The notes below the pieces were generated by a model. The model saw only the letters and a program-made list of their open reading frames with translations, was not told the origin of the DNA and did not search any database. The translations under genes were made by a program, and so were the position numbers. This document shows, one piece after another, positions 5,185 through 11,880 of a DNA stretch of 13,007 nt (position 1 is its first letter; each line of letters starts with the position of its first letter). Location: the UHGV virus genome UHGV-0203085. One strand, given 5' to 3'. This stretch comes from a virus.

Positions 5185-5210
5185 AAGGCCCCTTTCGGGG
5201 CCTTTTCTTA
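5185..5210. terminator. bidirectional intrinsic terminator (stem AAGGCCCC / GGGGCCTT, loop TTTC)
   Basis: Same stem sequence as the terminator at 2412-2434. Followed by TTCTTA on the plus strand and by AATTTTA on the minus strand. It lies between the + cassette (stop 5180) and the portal stop (5208-5210). Confidence 0.6.
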
Positions 5211-6701
5211 TTGCTGCTGTTGGTCTTGTGGAGATTGTTCCTGTCTTGCTGTAGCAGGAATCTCCCCTGCCACCTGAGTGGCAGCACCTAACGGCAGCGG
5301 TGTATCCTCGATAGCGTTCTGAATATCCTCGTCAGTCCAGTCGGTTACTCCAGCTTTACGCAATGCCGCGTAGTAAGCGGTAGCCGGTAACAGGCCCGCG
5401 TTAATATCAGCCATCCACTGTGCGCGGTCCTGAGCGGTCATCGGTTGCAGGAAGAACTCCATGTTCAGCTTGAACTCAATTTCTGTGCCTTCACGCAACC
5501 CCAGCATAGCAGCCACCCAGCGCAACGCATCGGTATACGCCATGCTTACGTTACGTGCGATTGTTGCCATAACAGACGTATCGGCACCACGTTGCAGGCG
5601 GGCTGATTCAGCGGTTATTTGCTGTGTCGGGGTAATAAGCTGCGCCCCAATCTGGATCGCCTGATTCTCTTTATCCAGCATGTTCTGTTTGGCAAGGTTG
5701 TTCTCTCCTGCCTGAACCAGAAACGCATTGCCGCCGTAACCGATGTTATGACCTGAACGCGACCCCATGCGAACGCCGTGGGGGTTGGCTTCCGCCCACT
5801 GTTCCATGCTCATGTTCTCGCCCGGGGCGATGAACAGAGTGGGTTGACCTACAACGAAGCTGGACTCCTCATTGTCCGCGCTGTTGCGAAAATGCCCGAT
5901 ATTAAGCTCGGCCAACGGCAGCAAAGGCGCATCGTCAATGGTTGCATCGTTGTTGCTTGCCCCGATGAACGTGAACGGGATTTTGCCGCGTAACTGTTCG
6001 CCGAGTTCCGGGAATATCTCGATTACTTCGTCCTGAGCGCCACCTTCGGCATCGAAGCGGTAAATGCGCTGACGATAGCGATCTTCGATAATGTCAAGGA
6101 CGCGGTACTGTTCACCAAATTTTGTTTCGAACTCTGCGCCTGGTTCCGAATATTCCCATACCTCACGCAGCACGACCATTGTCACGCGGTTCACTGAACC
6201 GATACGGGTCAGGCGCCAGTTGATGATGTTCTCTGCGGTGTAAAACGCGATGACCGGGTTTAATAACCCCGCGTTCTGTTCTGCTGCCGTCGCTGCGGCT
6301 GTCTCCGGCGCATCCACCAGCAAGCCTCCACGCCCCACTGAGTCAATCTCCATCAGCGTATCCTGCGCGTGCTGCCACAGCCCGACACCAGAACCGTCTG
6401 CATTGCGTAACAGGTATTCCAGTTCAGGCGGGATAATCTGTTCAGGGTCTTTGCGCATCACCGACCCCACCATCCCCGCCAGGGTACGTTTAGTGAAGTT
6501 GTAGCAGATAGCGCCGTTTTCGTATTCTTCCTGGCGCTGTGCTGCGTAGACCGGGTCGGGTTCATTCTTCCCGACGTTGCGCAGGTAACGGATAAGGTCG
6601 CCTTCCAGAGCGTGGCGGACCTTCTGCCATTTATCGAAGTGATGCAGCCATTCCCGGTGTTTTGTCTTAACACCCTGATTCTGACCGTTCATAGTTAACA
6701 T
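5208..6701 (-). CDS. portal protein (putative), 497 aa
   Basis: ATG 6699-6701 with AAGAGGA 7 nt upstream; size and position immediately after the large terminase and before the Mu F-like gene fit the usual terS-terL-portal-MuF synteny. No motif-level confirmation is possible by eye. Confidence 0.65.
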   Translation of the reverse strand: MLTMNGQNQGVKTKHREWLHHFDKWQKVRHALEGDLIRYLRNVGKNEPDPVYAAQRQEEYENGAICYNFTKRTLAGMVGSVMRKDPEQIIPPELEYLLRNADGSGVGLWQHAQDTLMEIDSVGRGGLLVDAPETAAATAAEQNAGLLNPVIAFYTAENIINWRLTRIGSVNRVTMVVLREVWEYSEPGAEFETKFGEQYRVLDIIEDRYRQRIYRFDAEGGAQDEVIEIFPELGEQLRGKIPFTFIGASNNDATIDDAPLLPLAELNIGHFRNSADNEESSFVVGQPTLFIAPGENMSMEQWAEANPHGVRMGSRSGHNIGYGGNAFLVQAGENNLAKQNMLDKENQAIQIGAQLITPTQQITAESARLQRGADTSVMATIARNVSMAYTDALRWVAAMLGLREGTEIEFKLNMEFFLQPMTAQDRAQWMADINAGLLPATAYYAALRKAGVTDWTDEDIQNAIEDTPLPLGAATQVAGEIPATARQEQSPQDQQQQ

Positions 6702-6713
6702 TGAATAATCCTC

Positions 6714-7964
6714 TTAAAGTGCGAAAGTCACCGGGATGTTGATTACTGGTTTAACCACCGGCATCTCATAAACTACAGGATAGCCGAGAGCATCCGCCAT
6801 ATGGTCGATGATGCCGTCTTTAGCTGGCTCTCCGTTATCGTCGTATGCCTGCTGCTCCAGCGTCTTCGCTATCTCAGGGCATAAGTGGTCGTTAACCCAC
6901 AGCTTACCTTTTTCCAGTGCGGTATTCACGGCTAAAACACGGTCTTTAACCGGAGGGTTGGCGGATTTAGCGCGAACATCGAACCCGGCCTGCTGGAGTA
7001 ATGCAATATCAGAGATTGACGCTGAGTTGGTTTTGCGGTTCTTGCCGCTGGCGTCAGGGTAGACGACAATACGGTGTCCTTGCGACTTCCACTTCTCGTT
7101 AATTACACGCACGGTGTCCGGCGTATCGAACAGGCCTTTCAGTTCTGCTACCGCGTGCCAGCCGTCTTTACGTTGCACATACACGGCGCTTGCGTTCTTC
7201 GTAACGTTGAAGTCCTGCCCGATGTACAGTGTGTCACCAGGTTGAATTGTCTCTTTGCTGCGGTGCTTACGTCGGTCATAGGCGTAATACACGCTGCCGG
7301 ATGTCAGGTTGACGAACTCACCATTAAGATACGCGTTAATCAGTTGCGCCGGGTAAGTCTCGGTCAGTGAGCTGATGTAATCCTGCGGCAGGAATCGCGC
7401 ATTCTCGTGTGTGGAAGCCTGCACCATCGAGTAACTCGGCGTCGGATTCTCTTTGAACTTGGCGTAGACGAACTTGAACCCTTCCGGCGTCGTGGTGACA
7501 GAGATGTGGTTAATTACACCTGGTATAACCAGACGCATACGGGCTACGATTTTGTTCCACGCCAGCTCAGCTTTCTCGCGGCTCAATACGTCCAGCTCAT
7601 CCACGACCGCAGCCGCGATTTTGAAGCCGACTATCGAGCCGGGGTTATCCATCGAGCGGCAGATAACAGTTCCGAGCACCGTCTTACCGCGAGTAACCAC
7701 GACTTCTTTGTCGCCGGATTTAACCAGCACATCAAGGCCGAGGAGGTTAGCCGCTTCCTCGAATGTAGGGTAGAAGATGTCGCGGATAGCCGGGTATGTC
7801 GGACCGAAGTAGCCCAGGCGCGTACCTGGGTGCTTGAGTATAAACGTAAGCAGGTCCAGGCAGCCAACAAATGTCTTACCACTACCGAAGCCCCCGACAT
7901 AGGCCTTGTATTTGTTATCGCAATTCAGGAACAGTGCCTGTGGTGCGGATAGCTGAATACTCAT
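6714..7964 (-). CDS. terL: terminase large subunit, 416 aa
   Basis: Walker A ATPase motif YVGGFGSGKT near the N-terminus (residues about 23-32); ATG 7962-7964 overlaps the stop of the upstream gene (ATGA); followed by the portal gene. Confidence 0.85.
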   Translation of the reverse strand: MSIQLSAPQALFLNCDNKYKAYVGGFGSGKTFVGCLDLLTFILKHPGTRLGYFGPTYPAIRDIFYPTFEEAANLLGLDVLVKSGDKEVVVTRGKTVLGTVICRSMDNPGSIVGFKIAAAVVDELDVLSREKAELAWNKIVARMRLVIPGVINHISVTTTPEGFKFVYAKFKENPTPSYSMVQASTHENARFLPQDYISSLTETYPAQLINAYLNGEFVNLTSGSVYYAYDRRKHRSKETIQPGDTLYIGQDFNVTKNASAVYVQRKDGWHAVAELKGLFDTPDTVRVINEKWKSQGHRIVVYPDASGKNRKTNSASISDIALLQQAGFDVRAKSANPPVKDRVLAVNTALEKGKLWVNDHLCPEIAKTLEQQAYDDNGEPAKDGIIDHMADALGYPVVYEMPVVKPVINIPVTFAL

Positions 7965-8506
7965 TCCTCCACCTCGCCCATGTTCGTTGTTACGATTTTA
8001 CCTACAGGCTCCGCAACACTGAAAATAATCTCAGTAGGTGCTGTTTCTTCTGTCGATTCAACTGGTTTCTCTTTTCCGAGGCCCAGCTTCGCGGCAGCAA
8101 ACGTAGCGGAGATGCCAGCGGCCCCCGTCTCGGTGAAATAGGCCTCTTCCAGAGCCTGTGCTGTCTCCCAGGCTTCTGCAAATGCGGGAATCTCGCGCAG
8201 CCACAGCTTAATAATCGGGATAGTGACGCCGATGTGTAGAGCAAAGCGGGCCAGTGATGGTGGCTTATCCTGAATCAGCGGGCGTTCATCGCCCTTAGAC
8301 GTAGGCACAAGCTCCCACGACGTGCGGTCGAAGAACTCGATTAATTCGTCGCAATAGTCCGGGTCCCACAACGCGGCGGAATTACGGGATGATTGATAAA
8401 GGCTCTGTTTACCGCGCGGTCGTCTACGGCGACGGTTTGCGCTAACAGCTTCTTCATGTGCAGCTTGCACCACCTCTGGCGATGGCTGCTTGAGTTTCAG
8501 CTTCAT
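7961..8506 (-). CDS. terS: terminase small subunit (putative), about 181 aa
   Basis: Immediately upstream of and translationally coupled to terL. Best start is ATG 8504-8506 with AAGGGGA 4-5 nt upstream (track ORF starts at GTG 8545). Basic N-terminal region (RRRRRPRGK) and a helical core are consistent with a small terminase; assignment is mainly by position. Confidence 0.5.
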   Translation of the reverse strand: MKLKLKQPSPEVVQAAHEEAVSANRRRRRPRGKQSLYQSSRNSAALWDPDYCDELIEFFDRTSWELVPTSKGDERPLIQDKPPSLARFALHIGVTIPIIKLWLREIPAFAEAWETAQALEEAYFTETGAAGISATFAAAKLGLGKEKPVESTEETAPTEIIFSVAEPVGKIVTTNMGEVEE

Positions 8507-8523
8507 AGAATCCCCTTGCATAT

Positions 8524-8579
8524 GCGTCTGACCATCAGAGCGCACCAGACGCGCCCTACGCGTCTAAATGGATTATATA
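8524..8579 (-). promoter_or_regulatory. terS leader: TATATAAT box (no -35) followed by two mutually exclusive GC-rich hairpins
   Basis: Minus strand reads cccttaTATATAATccatttAGACGCGtagggCGCGTCTGgtgcgctctgatggtCAGACGCatatgcaaggggattctATG. The heptamer GCGTCTG/CAGACGC occurs at plus 8524-8530, 8546-8552 and 8559-8565, allowing hairpin 8547-8565 or hairpin 8524-8552. Confidence 0.3.
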
Positions 8580-8600
8580 AGGGGATTGGGAGGGATGTAC

Positions 8601-8623
8601 AGAAAAGCCCTCCGTAGAGGGCT
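8601..8623 (-). terminator. intrinsic terminator for the minus-strand operon (stem AGCCCTC / GAGGGCT, loop CGTA, then UUUUCU)
   Basis: 7-bp stem at 8606-8612 and 8617-8623; on the minus strand it is followed by TTTTCT (plus 8600-8605). Located after the last small minus-strand ORF and before the terS leader. Confidence 0.55.
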
Positions 8624-8725
8624 TGTATCAGTTATATAGGCCGTGTCGTGGTGCTCTCTTACCGTCGCCGCCGTAATGGTCATTAGCTACGGCGATAGCC
8701 CAGGCGTTAGGGATGATTAGTAGTC

Positions 8726-8905
8726 TCATTTTAAGTATCTCAACAGGGCATCAGCGATACCCGATGTTACCAGGCCAAAAAACATAGGCCACCAGATGTA
8801 TCTGGGTAGATTGGTAAATGTTTCTGGCTTAGACCAGAAAGCCATTAAAAACGCGAACCAAAACACCATATAACTAATGTTGCTAAGTAATTCTAAAATA
8901 CTCAT
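8726..8905 (-). CDS. small hydrophobic membrane protein, 59 aa (not in track)
   Basis: ATG 8903-8905 overlaps the TGA of the upstream gene (ATGA); AGAGGAGA 7 nt upstream; translation MSILELLSNISYMVFWFAFLMAFWSKPETFTNLPRYIWWPMFFGLVTSGIADALLRYLK has two hydrophobic segments. Confidence 0.4.
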   Translation of the reverse strand: MSILELLSNISYMVFWFAFLMAFWSKPETFTNLPRYIWWPMFFGLVTSGIADALLRYLK

Positions 8906-9138
8906 TCCCCGCTCTCCTCTTTAGCAATGCGTTGCTCAGTTTTAGTGATACCCCGGCGCGTGAATAACACCGGGCTTGTTTTAACGTGCGTCATCAGACG
9001 GTTGTTATAAATTACATGACGCTCGCAATCAACGTCTTTGCTGTACTTGGCAATCGTCATTTCGTTGATGCCGGTTTGTCTGCATGTCTCCGCCATCGTG
9101 CCATATTCTTTTATCAGGTTCGGAATGCTGGTAATCAT
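8902..9138 (-). CDS. small HTH DNA-binding protein (putative regulator), about 78 aa
   Basis: ATG 9136-9138 overlaps the TGA of the upstream 56-aa ORF (track ORF starts at GTG 9162); helix-turn-helix-like segment MAETCRQTGINEMTIAKYSK. Confidence 0.5.
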   Translation of the reverse strand: MITSIPNLIKEYGTMAETCRQTGINEMTIAKYSKDVDCERHVIYNNRLMTHVKTSPVLFTRRGITKTEQRIAKEESGE

Positions 9139-9305
9139 CCTAAGAAATTCCTCGTTGTCCACATCGCATTAGGATATTTGCTATCGCGGTCCTGCACTAC
9201 GGCAATCATGTTACCGCGTTGCACCAGGCAGAAGTGCCGCTGTTGCTCGCCGTTATAGCGACGCCAGATTGCTTCTTCGATTGCTGCATTGATGTCACTA
9301 AACAT
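9135..9305 (-). CDS. hypothetical small protein, 56 aa (not in track)
   Basis: ATG 9303-9305 with GGGG 5 nt upstream; translation MFSDINAAIEEAIWRRYNGEQQRHFCLVQRGNMIAVVQDRDSKYPNAMWTTRNFLG; stop coupled to the next ATG. Confidence 0.35.
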   Translation of the reverse strand: MFSDINAAIEEAIWRRYNGEQQRHFCLVQRGNMIAVVQDRDSKYPNAMWTTRNFLG

Positions 9306-9388
9306 GTTTACCCCACAGAAACCCGACTAACAGCCCAAGGAAGTAACTAAGAACAACCAGACCGATAACCACCTCTGGACTCATACTC

Positions 9389-9571
9389 TCACCCCACTAT
9401 CTCATCGCCAAGCCACGCCGTCTCACGTATATCGTCAACCACACATGCGGCGTGCTCACGGCTAATTGCAAAAATGTAGAAGCTGAACTTCTTCCCGTCG
9501 GCGTCGATGTGGTTAACCGAGTAAGGCTTCCACAGGACGCCATCAATTACTACTGGCTCAGGCGCTTTCAT
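9389..9571 (-). CDS. hypothetical protein, about 60 aa
   Basis: Track ORF 9389..9580 (GTG start); the internal ATG 9569-9571 is the more likely start; protein-like sequence. Confidence 0.4.
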   Translation of the reverse strand: MKAPEPVVIDGVLWKPYSVNHIDADGKKFSFYIFAISREHAACVVDDIRETAWLGDEIVG

Positions 9572-9761
9572 CGTCAACACCGTAATCGAACTCAGGGGAA
9601 AGGAGTAGCTTCTGTTCTTCTTCCTTCAATTTCCCGAGTAACAACTTAAACGCCTCCAGTTGAAACTCTCCGTTAATCGACAACTGCCCGCCTAACGTCT
9701 GTTTCTCTGACTCAAGCACCAGAATACGACGCTCAAGTGATGCGATTGTGATTTTAGGCAT
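9558..9761 (-). CDS. hypothetical coiled-coil-like protein, about 67 aa
   Basis: Track ORF 9558..9770 (GTG start); ATG 9759-9761 with AGGTGG 4 nt upstream is the more likely start; LERRILVLESEKQTL...KLKEEEQKLL looks helical. Confidence 0.4.
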   Translation of the reverse strand: MPKITIASLERRILVLESEKQTLGGQLSINGEFQLEAFKLLLGKLKEEEQKLLLSPEFDYGVDDESA

Positions 9762-9939
9762 TGTCACCACCTTTGTTCAGGTTGAAGCGGTTAATCAGTT
9801 CACGGCGGGTCTCATAAAGCGACTCAACCATCTGCTCAGCTACCGCGATTTTAGTATTAAGGACGTACATCACGTGTCCGATGTCTACGCCGCTGTTAAC
9901 GGCCTCTACCATCATCTTTTCGTATTCGCGGTCAGTCAT
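9754..9939 (-). CDS. hypothetical protein, 61 aa
   Basis: ATG 9937-9939 overlaps the TGA of the upstream ORF (ATGA); protein-like sequence. Confidence 0.45.
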   Translation of the reverse strand: MTDREYEKMMVEAVNSGVDIGHVMYVLNTKIAVAEQMVESLYETRRELINRFNLNKGGDNA

Positions 9940-10094
9940 TCTTTACGCTCTCCCCACATGCGATTGAGATACTTGTTCTTGTCCGGCCCCGGGAAACTGT
10001 TACGTTTCATCAGCTCCTCACGTGTCGGGAACGGGGTGTGACTGACTTTACGGCCTACTCGTAATGGTTGGCTTACTGGACCTTGTTCGCTCAT
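9936..10094 (-). CDS. hypothetical small protein, 52 aa (not in track)
   Basis: ATG 10092-10094 with AGGAGA 7 nt upstream and an ATGA overlap with the upstream stop; translation MSEQGPVSQPLRVGRKVSHTPFPTREELMKRNSFPGPDKNKYLNRMWGERKE. Confidence 0.35.
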   Translation of the reverse strand: MSEQGPVSQPLRVGRKVSHTPFPTREELMKRNSFPGPDKNKYLNRMWGERKE

Positions 10095-10240
10095 TTCTTC
10101 TCTCCTGCATAAGCTGCTTTCAGTGCCTTCATCGCCGCAGCCCAGAACGAGTCTGCAGGAATGCTTCCACCCATGTTACTAACGGCGATGCGTGCCATCA
10201 GTTGCGCGTCATTAAATGCTTCGATATCTGTGATTTTCAT
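10091..10240 (-). CDS. hypothetical small protein, 49 aa (not in track)
   Basis: ATG 10238-10240 with GGAGA 7 nt upstream; translation MKITDIEAFNDAQLMARIAVSNMGGSIPADSFWAAAMKALKAAYAGEKK; the RBS context GGAGAGAAGAAATG is repeated at the next gene. Confidence 0.35.
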   Translation of the reverse strand: MKITDIEAFNDAQLMARIAVSNMGGSIPADSFWAAAMKALKAAYAGEKK

Positions 10241-10394
10241 TTCTTCTCTCCACATTTGCACGGTTTAAGCCCATTTTTGTAGTAGAAGGCGTCGCCACCT
10301 TCTTTCAACCATCCGTTTTGATGCTTGTCGCGACAAGTTATTATGTTCTTGTATAAAATATCTAATTCTTGTCTGCTAAGTTCACTTTTTGGTT

Positions 10395-10616
10395 TCACAC
10401 ATATTCCTCCATAAAATCTTTAATACTTACTTTCTTTCCGCAAGTAAGATAGTTAATAACCGCCTGCTCAGCCATCTCAAATGTCCACCCGCGGTCAAAC
10501 ATAATAGTTTGCATATAACTAGATTTAACCTCAGACGCTATAAGAGCTTTAACTTTTTTAACAGTCCATTTCTTATTTACTAAGGAGGCGTATTTACTTA
10601 TGTCTTCTACTTTCAT
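10395..10616 (-). CDS. hypothetical protein, 73 aa
   Basis: ATG 10614-10616 with GGAG about 9 nt upstream; first gene downstream of the sigma70-like promoter at 10650-10678. Confidence 0.5.
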   Translation of the reverse strand: MKVEDISKYASLVNKKWTVKKVKALIASEVKSSYMQTIMFDRGWTFEMAEQAVINYLTCGKKVSIKDFMEEYV

Positions 10617-10649
10617 TTTCTCTACTCCGTTCTCGTTGTCGATGAAGTA

Positions 10650-10678
10650 AATATAATAGGGTCGTAGGTAATAGTCAA
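10650..10678 (-). promoter_or_regulatory. sigma70-like promoter (minus): TTGACT, 17 nt, TATATT
   Basis: Minus-strand -35 TTGACT (plus 10673-10678) and -10 TATATT (plus 10650-10655) with a 17-nt spacer; located between the terminator at 10700-10732 and the ATG at 10616. Confidence 0.4.
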
Positions 10679-10699
10679 CTAGTCATTGCAGAAAATAGA

Positions 10700-10732
10700 T
10701 AAAAAAAATCCCGGCTGGGTCAGGGCCGGGAT
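10700..10732 (-). terminator. strong intrinsic terminator for the lysis operon (8-bp stem ATCCCGGC / GCCGGGAT then eight U)
   Basis: Stem at 10708-10715 and 10725-10732 with a 9-nt loop; on the minus strand it is followed by TTTTTTTT (plus 10700-10707); 65 nt downstream of the lysozyme stop. Confidence 0.65.
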
Positions 10733-10796
10733 AAAACTGGAGAGCAGAGGGATGGAACAGGAGGTTATTTAAGTATCGTCGGATTAGTCTTAGGTG

Positions 10797-11285
10797 TCAA
10801 CCTTTCACCGCACGCCCGATAGCCTCAGCCTCCTGCCACGGTTTACCGTCGAACAGCGCCAGACGACCGGCGGTACGGCGGCGCAGGCCAAGCAACGGTT
10901 TGCCGTTCTGGTTGATGAACCGCGCCAGCTTAGCCCGCAGCGTCGCAATATCGCCCGAGCGCAACGCCTTACCTGTTCCGGTAGTAGCGGCAATCACACC
11001 CGCGCCTGCGTTATAGACCAGGTCGCACACTGCATCGAACTGTGCTTGTGTCAGTGAATGGTTCGCTGCTGCGTCAACCGCGGCTACGGCCTTAGCCATA
11101 TCGCGATTCAGTAACAGGAGACCTTGGCCTGGGGTGATGGTCTTGCCTGGAGTTACATCTGGCCCGTAATGACCGTAACCAATAGTCAGGTACTTCTCGT
11201 TCGGTGTAGCACGATACACAGTTCCACGGAATCCCTCAAACGCGGCGGTAAAATGCAATCCATTATCTGAAATATTTCGAGACAC
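10797..11285 (-). CDS. endolysin, GH24 phage lysozyme (P22 gp19-like), about 162 aa
   Basis: Motifs ISDNGLHFTAAFEGFRGTVYRA...YLTIGYGHY...GKTITPGQ...LTQAQFDAVCDLVYNAGAG...GLRRRTAGRLALF follow the P22-type lysozyme pattern from memory. The likely start is GTG 11283-11285 with GGAGGG 7 nt upstream; the track ORF extends further upstream without an RBS. Confidence 0.8.
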   Translation of the reverse strand: MSRNISDNGLHFTAAFEGFRGTVYRATPNEKYLTIGYGHYGPDVTPGKTITPGQGLLLLNRDMAKAVAAVDAAANHSLTQAQFDAVCDLVYNAGAGVIAATTGTGKALRSGDIATLRAKLARFINQNGKPLLGLRRRTAGRLALFDGKPWQEAEAIGRAVKG

Positions 11286-11535
11286 GCTTATTCCCTCCGT
11301 ATGACAGCCACGCCTGGCGAATCTGGCGTAGCGCAACTAATGTGATTAACGTCTCAGGCAACGTGGGTGACATGCTGCCCTGTAACAGGTGGATACATCC
11401 GGCGGCGCAGACAATAGCGGTCAGGATATAGAGCACCCGACCAAATAGCCCGTCGTCAACGCTGGGATGATACACATTAAACAGCGATGTCCCCCCGATT
11501 GCCAGCATACCGCCGAACCAGAATAACTCATTCAT
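11263..11535 (-). CDS. second holin-like membrane protein, 90 aa (holin or antiholin candidate)
   Basis: ATG 11533-11535 overlaps the end of the upstream holin gene (ATGAATGA); two hydrophobic segments (FWFGGMLAIGGTSLF and VLYILTAIVCAAGCIHLL) and a basic C-terminus; the track ORF 11263..11715 is an N-terminally over-extended version. Confidence 0.45.
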   Translation of the reverse strand: MNELFWFGGMLAIGGTSLFNVYHPSVDDGLFGRVLYILTAIVCAAGCIHLLQGSMSPTLPETLITLVALRQIRQAWLSYGGNKRVSKYFR

Positions 11536-11836
11536 CTGTACCCCCTCGACGTGCGATGTATTCCCCAGCGACGATACCGGAGAGACGGGAATAGATAGGC
11601 ATCCAGAGAATAGCGATAATGAAGCCCAGGCCAGCGATTTCACGGTCGCCCGTGATGCCGAACCATTGAGCTGCGAGAGGTGCACCAAATACGGCGCAAG
11701 TGAAGCCGGTTGCAATAAAGCAGAAGCCGTCTATGGGGCCGGAAATAACGGACTTATGTTGTCGTAGCCCGATTACCCCTCCGGCGAGTGCGGCAGCGAG
11801 AAGCCACCCCGTCACTGTTTCAGTAAATTTATCCAA
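11528..11836 (-). CDS. holin (putative, three hydrophobic segments), 102 aa
   Basis: TTG start 11834-11836 with GGAGGA 6 nt upstream; hydrophobic helices and a charged C-terminal tail; first gene of the holin-holin-lysozyme cassette. Confidence 0.55.
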   Translation of the reverse strand: MDKFTETVTGWLLAAALAGGVIGLRQHKSVISGPIDGFCFIATGFTCAVFGAPLAAQWFGITGDREIAGLGFIIAILWMPIYSRLSGIVAGEYIARRGGTDE

Positions 11837-11842
11837 GATGAA

Positions 11843-11880
11843 TCCTCCAGGTGCGTATTAAGTATGCAGTAACTGGAGGA
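11843..11880 (-). promoter_or_regulatory. RBS-sequestering hairpin in the holin leader (anti-SD UCCUCCAG pairs with SD CUGGAGGA)
   Basis: Perfect 8-bp inverted repeat, plus 11843-11850 tcctccag and 11873-11880 ctggagga, separated by 22 nt; on the minus-strand mRNA the downstream arm is the holin Shine-Dalgarno. Confidence 0.35.

Noticed and set aside
5461-7952. Plus-strand ORFs antisense to portal and terL (5461..5664, 5778..5993, 6250..6504, 6808..7062, 7074..7370, 7407..7952, 7474..7773)
   Set aside because: They lie opposite long, well supported minus-strand genes, have no RBS, and show skewed composition typical of antisense frames.
7871-8244. ORFs 7871..8239 (+) and 8002..8244 (-) overlapping terS
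   Set aside because: Alternative-frame or antisense shadows of the putative small terminase gene; R/C/S-rich translations.
8986-9258. Plus-strand ORF of 90 aa
   Set aside because: Antisense to the coupled minus-strand ORFs 8902..9138 and 9135..9305.
10794-11057. Plus-strand ORF of 87 aa (and minus ORF 10805..10993)
   Set aside because: Antisense or alternative frame of the lysozyme gene, which has clear GH24 motifs.
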